DNA of 64,000 nt from an uncultured Mycoplasmatota bacterium (GTDB lineage Bacteria; Bacillota_I; Bacilli_A; RF39; UBA660): assembly GCA_900547465.1 (NCBI GenBank), contig URHJ01000002.1:12280-76279 (forward strand), written 5' to 3'. The notes below the pieces were generated by a model, which did not search any database, had not been told where the DNA came from, and worked only from the letters and a program-made list of their open reading frames with translations. Below, piece by piece: positions 28,898 to 38,640 of this stretch. Positions within the stretch are counted from its first letter, which is position 1; every line of letters begins with the position of its first letter. Made by a program: the position numbers and the translations under genes.

Positions 28898-29973
28898 TAA
28901 GTGGTAAATTAAAGGGGCGTAAGATAGAAGGGTTTGATTTAGATGGAACTAGACCAACGATGGAGAGAGTTAAAGAATCTTTGTTTGCGATGATACAAGA
29001 TAAGCTAGATGGTGCTGTTGTCTTAGATTTGTTTGCTGGGAGTGGTAATTTAGGAATTGAAGCTATAAGCCAGGGAGCAAAGAAAGCAATTTTAGTTGAT
29101 TATAACATTAAGGCTATTAAAGTTATAGAGAAAAATGTAAATAATTTAAATGTAGAGTCCTTTACTTCTATAGTCCATTCTGATTATATTAAGGCAATAG
29201 AGAGACACAAAGATACAAAATTTGATATCATATTCTTGGATCCTCCATATAAAACTGATTTTATAGAAAAAAGTATAAAAAAGATTACAGAATATAATAT
29301 GTTAAATAATTCTGGTATTATTGTATGTGAGTCTTCTATGATTGATAAAATAGTTTATCCAAGTATTTATTCCGTTATTAAAGATAAGAAGTATGGTGAT
29401 AAATACGTGGTAATTTTGAAAAAAAATGTGATAATATTGGTTTATAATAAGGGATGTGATATAGTGAGAAAGTTAAATAATAAAGGTTTTGCTATTTCAA
29501 CTGTTTTGTATGGATTATTAATTGTACTTATTTTAATTACGACGTTAATTATTACTACTATGTCTTCATCAAGAAAAAGTAGCAGACAGTTTACTGATAA
29601 TATAACTAGAAATCTAGAGAAAGTTCCAAAATCTTCACTTACTAATAAAATAATTTGTTTAAATGAAGCAAATTCATTTGTGATAACTGAATTTGATAAT
29701 AAGAGTTTAAGCAAAGAACAAATGTGCAATAATATTATATCTAATTTAAAAGAGAGATTTTTTTCAATATGTAATGATAATAAGGGCTCTAATTGTAATC
29801 AATTTTTGAACCAAAATGGAAATGGAGATTGGGTAAATGCATTGTATTCTGAATGCAATGGTAATTCTTCTAATAAAAGTAAGGTTTTTGATATAGTAAA
29901 AAGGGGCTGCTGTTTTTATAGAGCTCAAAGTCATGATAATAATGAATTTAATTCTTGTAACGAAGGGATGTAG
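28888..29973 (+). CDS. rsmD: 16S rRNA (guanine966-N2)-methyltransferase RsmD domain (about the first 180 aa); the ORF lacks a stop and continues in frame into the pilin-like module at 29464
   Basis: (M)RVISGKLKGRK...RPTMERVKESLF, SAM motif DLFAGSGNLGIEA and catalytic DPPY. There is no in-frame stop until 29973. An A8 tract lies at 29419-29426, where RsmD would normally end. Confidence 0.8.
   Translation: MRVISGKLKGRKIEGFDLDGTRPTMERVKESLFAMIQDKLDGAVVLDLFAGSGNLGIEAISQGAKKAILVDYNIKAIKVIEKNVNNLNVESFTSIVHSDYIKAIERHKDTKFDIIFLDPPYKTDFIEKSIKKITEYNMLNNSGIIVCESSMIDKIVYPSIYSVIKDKKYGDKYVVILKKNVIILVYNKGCDIVRKLNNKGFAISTVLYGLLIVLILITTLIITTMSSSRKSSRQFTDNITRNLEKVPKSSLTNKIICLNEANSFVITEFDNKSLSKEQMCNNIISNLKERFFSICNDNKGSNCNQFLNQNGNGDWVNALYSECNGNSSNKSKVFDIVKRGCCFYRAQSHDNNEFNSCNEGM
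29464..29973 (+). CDS. Minor pseudopilin-like protein (prepilin-type N-terminus without Glu+5), Cys-rich; nested in frame in the rsmD ORF
   Basis: The GTG at 29464 is preceded by AAGGGA. N-terminus (M)RKLNNKG-FAISTVLYGLLIVLILITTLIITT, followed by a 9-Cys C-terminal domain. Confidence 0.6.
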   Translation: MRKLNNKGFAISTVLYGLLIVLILITTLIITTMSSSRKSSRQFTDNITRNLEKVPKSSLTNKIICLNEANSFVITEFDNKSLSKEQMCNNIISNLKERFFSICNDNKGSNCNQFLNQNGNGDWVNALYSECNGNSSNKSKVFDIVKRGCCFYRAQSHDNNEFNSCNEGM

Positions 29974-29978
29974 GTAAG

Positions 29979-32318
29979 ATGTCTATTAAATGTAATGCAA
30001 TATTAGAAAGTTTGAAAGATGATGATAAATTACTTGTAATACCTAATTTTTTGAAATTACAATTTTTAAGAGAAAATAAAGAATTAAGACAAATAAAATA
30101 TATGACATTAGAAGAATATAAAAGTCATTATTTTTTTTCGTGGAATGATAAAACACTAGATTATTTAATGTCTAGGTATGGTTATCATTTAGATTTTTGT
30201 AAAATAATTCTTAATAATTTGTATTTTATTGATAGTGATAGGGAATATTCTAGTGAAAAATTAAATTTATTAAAGAAAATAAAAATAGATTTAGATAGTA
30301 AGAAACTATTACAATATGATAGTATGTTTAAATCTTTTATTAAGAATAAAAAAATACTTGTTTATGGCTATGAAACATTAGAGAAGTATGAAGAAGAAAT
30401 GTTTGATAATGCTACTATAATAAAGTTAGATGTTTTAAACACTACTCCAAATGTAATTGCATGTAAGAGTTTAGAAGATGAAATTATCTATATTTGTGAA
30501 GAAATACTAAAGTTATATAAAAATGAAGTACCTCTTTCTAGAATATATTTGGGAAATGTTCAAAAAGATTATTTATATTTGATTTATAAGATGTTTTCTT
30601 ATTATAAAATACCAATTAATATTAATATGCAGGAATCTATATATGGTACTAATATTGTAAAAGAATATTTAAAGTCAGGTAAATTTCCTGGATTTGTTAA
30701 TTCTGTTGTTCAGAAGTTAGTTGGAGTTTGTTCTTCTTTGGTTGGACTTGAGGATAGTAAAAATTATAAGAGTTTATTAATTGACAAACTTAAAAATACT
30801 AAGCTAAGTAGTCCAAAATATATAGATGCAGTACAAACACTAGATAAATTAGAAATTATTCCTGAGGATTGTTACTTATTTGTATTAGGCTTTAATCAAG
30901 ATGTACTTCCTAAAACATATAAAGATGAAGATTATATATCAGATAGATTAAAAAATGAAGTTTTACTTTATACAACAAAAGAGAAAAATATAAGAGAAAG
31001 AGAATGGACTATAAAACTTATTTCTAATATTAAAAATTGTACTTTACTTTATCATGAGAGAACTAATTTTCAAGAGTTTTTACCATCTAGTTTAATTTCT
31101 GATTTAGGATATAAAGTTATAAATTATTCTAGTGATATTACTAATAGTGATATTTATAACAAACTAAAACTTGGAGCATGTTTAGACACATATTATAAAT
31201 ATAAAGAAAAGTCTGAATCTTTAATACCTTTAGTTAGTCATTATGATATACCGTACAACACATATGATAATAAATTTACTTATTTTAATAAAGAAAAGTT
31301 ATATAATTTTATAGATCATAAACTAAGAGTTAGTTATACTTCACTTAATAGTTATAACTTGTGCCCATTTCAATACTATATTAACTATATATTAAGGATT
31401 GATCCTTTTTCTAAGAACTTTTCTACTGAGATTGGTAATTTATTTCACTATATTTTTTCTATTATGGATAGCGAACACTTTAACTTTGAAAGAGAATGGG
31501 ATAATTATATAGAAAAATTAGAATTAAGTATATCTGAGAGGTTCTTTTTAGATAAATTGAAAACTAATTTGGAAAATGATATTGAGCTTATTAAAGATCA
31601 AGATCTTTTAACTAGATATAAGAATAAATTATATGAAAAGGAAGTTGATATTTTCCTTGATAAAGCTATTAAAACAGTATTTACTGGTAAGATTGATAAA
31701 GTAATGTACCAAAATATAAATGGTTTTACAGAACTTAGTATTATTGATTATAAAACTGGTAGTTTGCATGGTGATTTTTCTTTAATGAAATATGGACTAA
31801 ATATGCAATTGCCAATTTATTTATATTTGATAGAACAATCTGGTTTATTTGAAAATCCATTATATAGTGGTGTTTATTTACAGAAAGTATTATATCCTAG
31901 ATATAAATTTGATGCATCTAAGGATTTGAAAAGGCAAATGATTGATGATTTGAAATTAGTTGGTTATTCTACTGATAATATGGAAAGACTTTCAAATTTT
32001 GATAAAACATATGAAAATAGTGAACTAATTAAAGGAATGAAGCTTAATAAAGATGGTTCTTTCTATTATAGAAGTAAGATTCTTTCTGATCAAACTTTTA
32101 CTAATTTGATAGATTATACAAAAAAGACTATTTCTGATACTACTGATAAAATATTAGATGCTGACTTTAAAATTGAACCTAAGGTTATTGATCAAAAAAA
32201 CTTATCTTGTGTTTATTGTAAATATCAAGATTTATGTTTTAAGACAAATAAAGATTTAAAGTACTTAGAAAAAGTAAATGACTTAGACTTTCTAGGAGGT
32301 GATAGTAATGGCAACTAG
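29979..32318 (+). CDS. addB: Helicase-nuclease complex subunit AddB/RexB (compact, 779 aa)
   Basis: It lies upstream of and overlaps addA. C-terminal PD-(D/E)xK nuclease GKIDKV...IIDYKTG with the Fe-S Cys set C(PFQYY)...CVYCKYQDLC. I saw no N-terminal Walker A motif. Confidence 0.75.
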   Translation: MSIKCNAILESLKDDDKLLVIPNFLKLQFLRENKELRQIKYMTLEEYKSHYFFSWNDKTLDYLMSRYGYHLDFCKIILNNLYFIDSDREYSSEKLNLLKKIKIDLDSKKLLQYDSMFKSFIKNKKILVYGYETLEKYEEEMFDNATIIKLDVLNTTPNVIACKSLEDEIIYICEEILKLYKNEVPLSRIYLGNVQKDYLYLIYKMFSYYKIPININMQESIYGTNIVKEYLKSGKFPGFVNSVVQKLVGVCSSLVGLEDSKNYKSLLIDKLKNTKLSSPKYIDAVQTLDKLEIIPEDCYLFVLGFNQDVLPKTYKDEDYISDRLKNEVLLYTTKEKNIREREWTIKLISNIKNCTLLYHERTNFQEFLPSSLISDLGYKVINYSSDITNSDIYNKLKLGACLDTYYKYKEKSESLIPLVSHYDIPYNTYDNKFTYFNKEKLYNFIDHKLRVSYTSLNSYNLCPFQYYINYILRIDPFSKNFSTEIGNLFHYIFSIMDSEHFNFEREWDNYIEKLELSISERFFLDKLKTNLENDIELIKDQDLLTRYKNKLYEKEVDIFLDKAIKTVFTGKIDKVMYQNINGFTELSIIDYKTGSLHGDFSLMKYGLNMQLPIYLYLIEQSGLFENPLYSGVYLQKVLYPRYKFDASKDLKRQMIDDLKLVGYSTDNMERLSNFDKTYENSELIKGMKLNKDGSFYYRSKILSDQTFTNLIDYTKKTISDTTDKILDADFKIEPKVIDQKNLSCVYCKYQDLCFKTNKDLKYLEKVNDLDFLGGDSNGN

Positions 32319-35300
32319 ATGGACACCAGAACAGTTACAAGCAATAGAAGAAGATGGTACTAATATTATTGTATCAGCGGGGGCAGGTAGTGGTAAAACA
32401 GCTGTTCTTACAGAAAGGGTGCTTTCTAAAATTAAAAATGGTATTCATATAAATGAATTACTTATTATGACTTTTACTAATGCAGCAGCTAAAGAAATGA
32501 AAGATAGAATTAGGAAAAAGTTGAAGAAAGAAGGATTAACTGAAGAAGTTAACTTGATTGATTCTGCATATATTACTACGTTTGATAGTTTTTCATTATC
32601 TATTGTTAAGAAATATCATTATATATTAAATATAGGTAAAAATATAATGATATCAGATAATGTTGTGCTTAATATGGAAAAAACTAGAATCATGGACGAT
32701 GTCTTTAATTCATTCTATGAAAATGATACAATTGGGTTTAAAAATTTTGTTTTTAATTTTTCATATAAAGATGATACTGATTTAAAAAGAATGTTACTTA
32801 AATTATCTGATAAGTTAGATATGAAGTATGATAAGAATACTTATTTAGATAATTATATTGATGAGTATTATACTGATTTAAGAATAGATAAAGATATAGC
32901 TATGTTTTTTAATAGAATAAGAGACTATATTAAAGATATAGAAATTATTTTAAATGAAACTGGTCATTATGTAGATGGTAGTTATATAGAAAAATGTTAT
33001 GAGAAATTAAATAAATTACTTCATAGTGAAAGTTATGATGATGTAGTAGCTTCTCTTGATTTTACTTTTCCTCGTTTACCTAAAGATTCTAGTGAAGAGG
33101 CTAAAGCATTAAAAAGTAAAATTAGTGCAATTATTAAAGAAATTAAAAAAATGTGTATATATGAAGATAATAATGAAATAAAAAAAGAGTTATTATCTAC
33201 TAAGAGTGATGTTTCTGTAATTATAGAAATTTTAAAAGAATTTGATAGACGTTTTACAAATTCTAAATTAGAAAAGGGTATGTTTTCTTTTTCTGATATT
33301 AGTAGAATGGCAATTGAGATTGTTTCTAAAAATATAGATATAAGAAATGAATTAAAAGATTCATTTAAAGAGATTATGGTTGATGAGTATCAAGATACAA
33401 ATGATATTCAAGAATATTTTATTTCATTAATTTCTGATCATAATGTTTATATGGTTGGTGATGTTAAGCAATCAATTTACAGGTTTAGAAATGCTAATCC
33501 ATATATATTTAAGAATAAATATGATAAATATAGTATGAAAGACGATGGTATTAAAATTGATCTTGTTAAGAACTTTAGATCTAGAGATGAAGTTTTAAGT
33601 AACATTAATCTTATTTTTGACTTTTTAATGAATGATGATTATGGTGGTGCCAATTATAAAGAAAGTCATAGAATGGTTTTTGGAAATAAGACTTATTCTG
33701 AAGAGGGAATGACTGAACAAAATTATAATTTAGATATTTATACATATGAAGAAGAACAAGGCTTTTCTAAAGCAGAACAAGAAATATTTGCAATAGGACA
33801 TGATATCTTAGATAAAATTAATAATCATTACTTAATATTTGATAAAGATGAGTTAATAATTAGAGAAGCTAAGTTTTCTGATTTTGTTATCTTATTAGAT
33901 CGTTCTAGTGATTTCGATTTATATAAAAGTATATTTGAATATTTATCTATTCCTCTTAATGTATATAAAGATGAAGAAATAAAAAATGATTACGATATTT
34001 TAATTATTAGAAATTTATTAAAATTGGTTAAAGCAATTGATACAGAAGAATATAATGAAGAATTTAAGTATGCGTTCTTATCTGTTGGAAGAAGTTTCTT
34101 ATTTAGACTTAGTGATGACGAATTGTTTGACTTTTTCTTAAATAATTCATTTAAAGAATCTATTATATATCAAAAAGTAAGTGAAGCTTATGACTATTAC
34201 TATGAATTATCTTTTAAGATGTTTTTTATAAAATTACTTGAAATATTTGATTATGAAGAAAAAATATTAACAGTTGGAAATGTAGAAATGTTAAGAGTTA
34301 GGGAAGAGTATTTTTATCATTTATTAGAGAATTTAGAGGCTGAAGGAAAAACAATGGAAGACTTTATTGAATATTTGGATACAGTTTTTGAAAGTGATGA
34401 TAAAGTTACTTTTTCAGCAAATAATAGTTCTAGTGATTCTGTACAGATAATGACTATTCATAAATCTAAGGGGCTTGAATTTCCAATTTGTTACTTTGCA
34501 GGATTTTATAAGAATTTCAGTTTTAGAGAGTTAAATGAATCTATTTTATATCATAATGATTATGGAATTATTACTCCTTACTTTAATGAATATAGTAAAG
34601 ATACTATTTACAAATATTTAATGAGTAAGCAAGTAAGAAGTGAAGAAATATCAGAAAAAATAAGATTATTTTATGTAGCAGTTACAAGAGCAAAAGAAAA
34701 GATGATAATATTAATGCCTAATGTAGAAGAAGAGATTAATAAGAACTTAATAGTTGATTATGATCGAAAAAATATTAAATCTTTCTATGATATGATGAAG
34801 TTAGTTTATGAAGATGTAGAGCCATTTGTTAAGAATATTAAAATCTCTTGTACTAAGGATTATTTAATTAATAAGAGTACGCTTGATTATCATGATTTGA
34901 TAGATACTGATACCTTAGTAATTGATGATGTAGAAATAGATAAAACTTTAGTTAAAGAAGAAAGATTTTCTAAGAATGGATTATCTATTGTTAGTGTAGA
35001 AGATAAAGAAAAAATGGAATTTGGTACAAAGATACATGAAATATTAGAGTTTATTGATTTTAAGAATCCAAACTATGATAATATGGATCCATTTATAAAG
35101 TATAAAATAACTAATTTTATAAATAGTGATATTATAAAAAATAATTTAGATAGTAAGTTCTATAAAGAATATGAGTTCTGTTATTTAGAAAATGATGTAT
35201 TTAAACATGGTATTATTGATTTAATGATAGAAAATGATAATGAAGTGATTATTATTGATTATAAGTTAAAAAATACAGATGATGAGGCTTATTTAAAACA

Positions 35301-35400
35301 ACTTGCTGGATATAAAAAATATATTTCTAGTTGTACTTTAAAGAAAGTTAGTACTTATTTATATTCTATTATTGATAGTAAATTTACTTTATTAAAATAA
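32308..35400 (+). CDS. addA: ATP-dependent helicase/nuclease subunit AddA/RexA
   Basis: UvrD-type motifs: WTPEQLQAI, Walker A AGAGSGKTAVL, VDEYQDT, MVGDVKQSIYRFRNA, MTIHKSKGLEF, YVAVTRAKE. C-terminal nuclease GIIDLM...IIDYKLK. RBS GGAGGTGA lies before the ATG at 32308. Confidence 0.9.
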   Translation: MATRWTPEQLQAIEEDGTNIIVSAGAGSGKTAVLTERVLSKIKNGIHINELLIMTFTNAAAKEMKDRIRKKLKKEGLTEEVNLIDSAYITTFDSFSLSIVKKYHYILNIGKNIMISDNVVLNMEKTRIMDDVFNSFYENDTIGFKNFVFNFSYKDDTDLKRMLLKLSDKLDMKYDKNTYLDNYIDEYYTDLRIDKDIAMFFNRIRDYIKDIEIILNETGHYVDGSYIEKCYEKLNKLLHSESYDDVVASLDFTFPRLPKDSSEEAKALKSKISAIIKEIKKMCIYEDNNEIKKELLSTKSDVSVIIEILKEFDRRFTNSKLEKGMFSFSDISRMAIEIVSKNIDIRNELKDSFKEIMVDEYQDTNDIQEYFISLISDHNVYMVGDVKQSIYRFRNANPYIFKNKYDKYSMKDDGIKIDLVKNFRSRDEVLSNINLIFDFLMNDDYGGANYKESHRMVFGNKTYSEEGMTEQNYNLDIYTYEEEQGFSKAEQEIFAIGHDILDKINNHYLIFDKDELIIREAKFSDFVILLDRSSDFDLYKSIFEYLSIPLNVYKDEEIKNDYDILIIRNLLKLVKAIDTEEYNEEFKYAFLSVGRSFLFRLSDDELFDFFLNNSFKESIIYQKVSEAYDYYYELSFKMFFIKLLEIFDYEEKILTVGNVEMLRVREEYFYHLLENLEAEGKTMEDFIEYLDTVFESDDKVTFSANNSSSDSVQIMTIHKSKGLEFPICYFAGFYKNFSFRELNESILYHNDYGIITPYFNEYSKDTIYKYLMSKQVRSEEISEKIRLFYVAVTRAKEKMIILMPNVEEEINKNLIVDYDRKNIKSFYDMMKLVYEDVEPFVKNIKISCTKDYLINKSTLDYHDLIDTDTLVIDDVEIDKTLVKEERFSKNGLSIVSVEDKEKMEFGTKIHEILEFIDFKNPNYDNMDPFIKYKITNFINSDIIKNNLDSKFYKEYEFCYLENDVFKHGIIDLMIENDNEVIIIDYKLKNTDDEAYLKQLAGYKKYISSCTLKKVSTYLYSIIDSKFTLLK

Positions 35401-35427
35401 AAAAGATACTTGGTAGGTATCTTTTTT
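35399..35427. terminator. Bidirectional terminator between addA and the M23 peptidase gene
   Basis: aaaagatac-ttggtag-gtatctttt flanked by A and T runs. Confidence 0.65.
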
Positions 35428-36034
35428 AGTAGAAATTTAATGGATTAATACTATGACCACCATAGTATGGATATCCGTCCCATATCGAATAGTGAAGATG
35501 TACTCCAGTAGCAAGACCGCTTCTTCCCATGATTCCAATTACTTGTCCTTTTGAAACTTTATCTCCTTCTTTTACAATTTTTTGAGATAAGTGACAATAT
35601 AGTGAGTAATAACCGTTATCTTGTTTTATAACATAATAGTTACCACCATCCCATTTATAGGCGCTAGTAACAACTGTACCAGAAGATGCTGCATATATAT
35701 TATAATCTCCATTTGTTGGTACGATATCAATAGCAGGATGAGAAGATGAATAATAAGTACTTAAATAGTATTCGCTAGCAGCAGGCCAGCCCCAACTTAG
35801 ATCTTTATGATAAGCTAATTCACTAGAAACTTTGTCCATACTAGAAGAGTTATTATAATAAGTATCAACTTCAGCAAGATTTAGATTTAGGGAGTTAGCA
35901 TTACTAGGAGCTAAAATATAGTTTATAATTGCTTCTTCATATTGGAGTAATAATCCCATTACTATTAAGACAATTCCAAATGTTACAGTAGTTTTTATAA
36001 GTTGTTTTTTTAAAATTTGAATTTTTCTTTTCAT
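35426..36034 (-). CDS. Membrane-anchored M23 (LytM-type) peptidoglycan endopeptidase
   Basis: HPAIDIV, GLATGVHLHYSIW and an N-terminal TM helix. The ATG at 36034 follows RBS GAGGAG; the ORF-track start at 36076 is probably too far upstream. Confidence 0.8.
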   Translation of the reverse strand: MKRKIQILKKQLIKTTVTFGIVLIVMGLLLQYEEAIINYILAPSNANSLNLNLAEVDTYYNNSSSMDKVSSELAYHKDLSWGWPAASEYYLSTYYSSSHPAIDIVPTNGDYNIYAASSGTVVTSAYKWDGGNYYVIKQDNGYYSLYCHLSQKIVKEGDKVSKGQVIGIMGRSGLATGVHLHYSIWDGYPYYGGHSINPLNFY

Positions 36035-36153
36035 AAATTTCTCCTCAAGCTCTTTGTGTTGCATATTATAACTCAAAACGTATATTTTGTAAAGGAATAC
36101 TTTTCTTTCTATCTACTTTATGTTATACTTTTTAGGTAGAAAGAAGGAATTAT

Positions 36154-37767
36154 ATGAAGACATTTATATTTGGACATAAGAAACCTGATACGGATTCAGT
36201 TATGTCAGCTATTGGATTATCTTATTTGGAAAATGAATGTGGTAATCATACAGAACCTAGAGTATTAGGTGCATTAAATAAAGAAACAAAATATGCTTTG
36301 GATCATTTTGGATTAGATGAACCTAATTATTTAAATGATGTAAAATTACAATTAAAAGATGTTTCTTATCATAAAGGATTCTTTGCAAATGAAAAAGATT
36401 CTATATATAAAGGTTATCAAATGATGATAGAGGAAGGATTAACTGGACTTCCTATTGTAAAGAATAAAAATGATTTTACAGGACTAATTACAATTAAAGA
36501 TTTATCACGTAATATGTTACATGAAGAAGGAAATGTATTAGATACTAATTATGATAACATTTTAAATGTATTAGATGGAGAAGAAGTATTAAGATATGAT
36601 GATGAAGTTAAAGGTAATATTTTAGCAGCTGCATATCGTAGTACTACATTTATTGAAAATATTAATTTATCTAGTGATGATATTTTAGTAGTAGGAGATC
36701 GTCATAGTATTATTGAATATGCTGTAAAAAGTAAAGTTAAACTTTTAATTATTACTGGTAATGGACAAGTAAAAAGTGAACATTTAGATATGGCAGAAGA
36801 AAACAAAGTTAATATTATTCGTACTAGCTTAGATACTTATCATGTATCAAGAATTCTTTCACTAGCTAACTACATTAGAACAATGATAAGAAGTTATAAT
36901 CCAGCTAAGTTCTTAGATACTGATTACGTAGATGATTTTATTGATATTAATAATAAATTAAAACATACAAATTACCCAATTGTTGATAAAAATAATCATT
37001 GTTTAGGATTATTACGTTTAACTGATTTATCTGAGAAAAATCCTAAGAAAGTAATGCTTGTTGATCATAATGAAAAGAAACAAAGTGCTGATGGTATTGA
37101 TGAAGCTGTAATTGTTTCAATGATTGATCATCATAACTTAGGAAGCATTACAACAAATATGCCTGTTGATTTTAGAAATATGGCAGTTGGTTCAACTTGT
37201 ACTATTTTATATATTTTGTATAAAGAAAGAGGGGTTGAAATACCAAAAAATATTGCGGGAGCACTACTTTCAGGAGTTTTATCTGATACATTGATTTTAA
37301 AAAGTCCTACAACTACAGAAGTTGATCGTGAAGCTGTTGAGGAATTATCAAAAATAGCGGATGTAAATTATAAGACATATGGTATGGATATGCTTAAAGC
37401 TGGTACTAGCTTAGAGGGTATGAGTAAAGAAGATGTTTTATATAATGACTTTAAACTTTATACGGTTGGAGAAAAAACTTTTGCTATCGGACAATTCTTT
37501 ACAATGAATTTTGATGAAATAAAATCAGAGATGGACGAATATATTAAAGTATTAGATGATGTAGCAACAGCTAATGATTATGATTTCTTAGCATTGTATG
37601 TTACTGATATTATAAAGAATGGTTCTTACATTTTATATAATACTAAAGCACAAGATAAGGTAGAAGTTTTATATAGTAATGAAGTTTCTGAAGGATATTT
37701 CATTGATGGTTGTGTTTCACGTAAGAAAAATGTAGTTCCAATCGTTATGGAAATGTACGAAAGTTAG
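36154..37767 (+). CDS. ppaC: Family II (DHH) inorganic pyrophosphatase with an inserted CBS/DRTGG regulatory region
   Basis: DHH motifs GHKKPDTDS, VDHNE and DHHNLG, a DHHA2 C-terminus, and a roughly 250-aa insertion with CBS-like segments, as in the CBS-PPases of clostridia. Confidence 0.8.
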   Translation: MKTFIFGHKKPDTDSVMSAIGLSYLENECGNHTEPRVLGALNKETKYALDHFGLDEPNYLNDVKLQLKDVSYHKGFFANEKDSIYKGYQMMIEEGLTGLPIVKNKNDFTGLITIKDLSRNMLHEEGNVLDTNYDNILNVLDGEEVLRYDDEVKGNILAAAYRSTTFIENINLSSDDILVVGDRHSIIEYAVKSKVKLLIITGNGQVKSEHLDMAEENKVNIIRTSLDTYHVSRILSLANYIRTMIRSYNPAKFLDTDYVDDFIDINNKLKHTNYPIVDKNNHCLGLLRLTDLSEKNPKKVMLVDHNEKKQSADGIDEAVIVSMIDHHNLGSITTNMPVDFRNMAVGSTCTILYILYKERGVEIPKNIAGALLSGVLSDTLILKSPTTTEVDREAVEELSKIADVNYKTYGMDMLKAGTSLEGMSKEDVLYNDFKLYTVGEKTFAIGQFFTMNFDEIKSEMDEYIKVLDDVATANDYDFLALYVTDIIKNGSYILYNTKAQDKVEVLYSNEVSEGYFIDGCVSRKKNVVPIVMEMYES

Positions 37768-37775
37768 GAGAAGTT

Positions 37776-38639
37776 ATGAAAAAGAATATATTATTAGTTA
37801 TTAAGGGGTTCATTATGGGTATTGCTAATATTATTCCAGGAGTTAGTGGTGGTACACTAGCTCTAATATTAGGAATATATGAGGACTTTATAGGAGCAAT
37901 TAGTCATTTCTTTAGTAATTTAAAGAAAAATATTTGTTTTTTAATTCCTATTGCTATTGGTATGTTACTTGCGATAGCATCGTTAAGTAGAGTAATTGAT
38001 TATTCTTATAAACATTTTCCAATTCCTACTAGTTTATTTTTTGTAGGACTTGTACTTGGCGGTATACCTATGTTAGTTGGAAAAGTACGTGGTAAAAAGG
38101 AAGTTAAACAAGCTTCTAGTTATGTAATTTTTGCTCTTACATTCTTATTAGTAATGGTAATGGCTTGTTCTGATTTTATATTTGGTGAAGGTCTTAAAGT
38201 AAGTTTTGCTAATATGGGATTAGTTCAATATTTATTATTATTTATTGTTGGAGTAGTAGCTGCTGCTACTATGGTAATACCAGGTGTTAGTGGTTCACTA
38301 GTTTTAATGTTACTTGGTTATTATTATCCTGTACTTACAGTTATAAAAGAATGTACAAAATTACAAAACTTAGGTAGTAATATAATTATATTAGGTGTAT
38401 TCGGAGTAGGTGTATTACTTGGAATAGTACTTATTTCTAAATTAATAGAATTCTTATTTCAAAAATATGAAACAAAAACTTATTTTGGTGTTTTAGGATT
38501 TATAGTAGCATCTGTTCTTGCTATACCTATATCAACATTATTAAGTATAAAAGTTACATTTAGTGTAATACAGATACTAATTGGAATAGTATTCCTAGTT
38601 ATTGGTTCTATTATTAGTTATAAATTAGGAGGCGAATAA
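37776..38639 (+). CDS. DUF368 family membrane protein (putative undecaprenyl-phosphate translocase, PopT-like)
   Basis: The motif PGVSGGTLALILGIYE is repeated internally as PGVSGSLVLMLLGYY. About 8 TM helices. Confidence 0.75.
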   Translation: MKKNILLVIKGFIMGIANIIPGVSGGTLALILGIYEDFIGAISHFFSNLKKNICFLIPIAIGMLLAIASLSRVIDYSYKHFPIPTSLFFVGLVLGGIPMLVGKVRGKKEVKQASSYVIFALTFLLVMVMACSDFIFGEGLKVSFANMGLVQYLLLFIVGVVAAATMVIPGVSGSLVLMLLGYYYPVLTVIKECTKLQNLGSNIIILGVFGVGVLLGIVLISKLIEFLFQKYETKTYFGVLGFIVASVLAIPISTLLSIKVTFSVIQILIGIVFLVIGSIISYKLGGE

Positions 38640-38640
38640 G

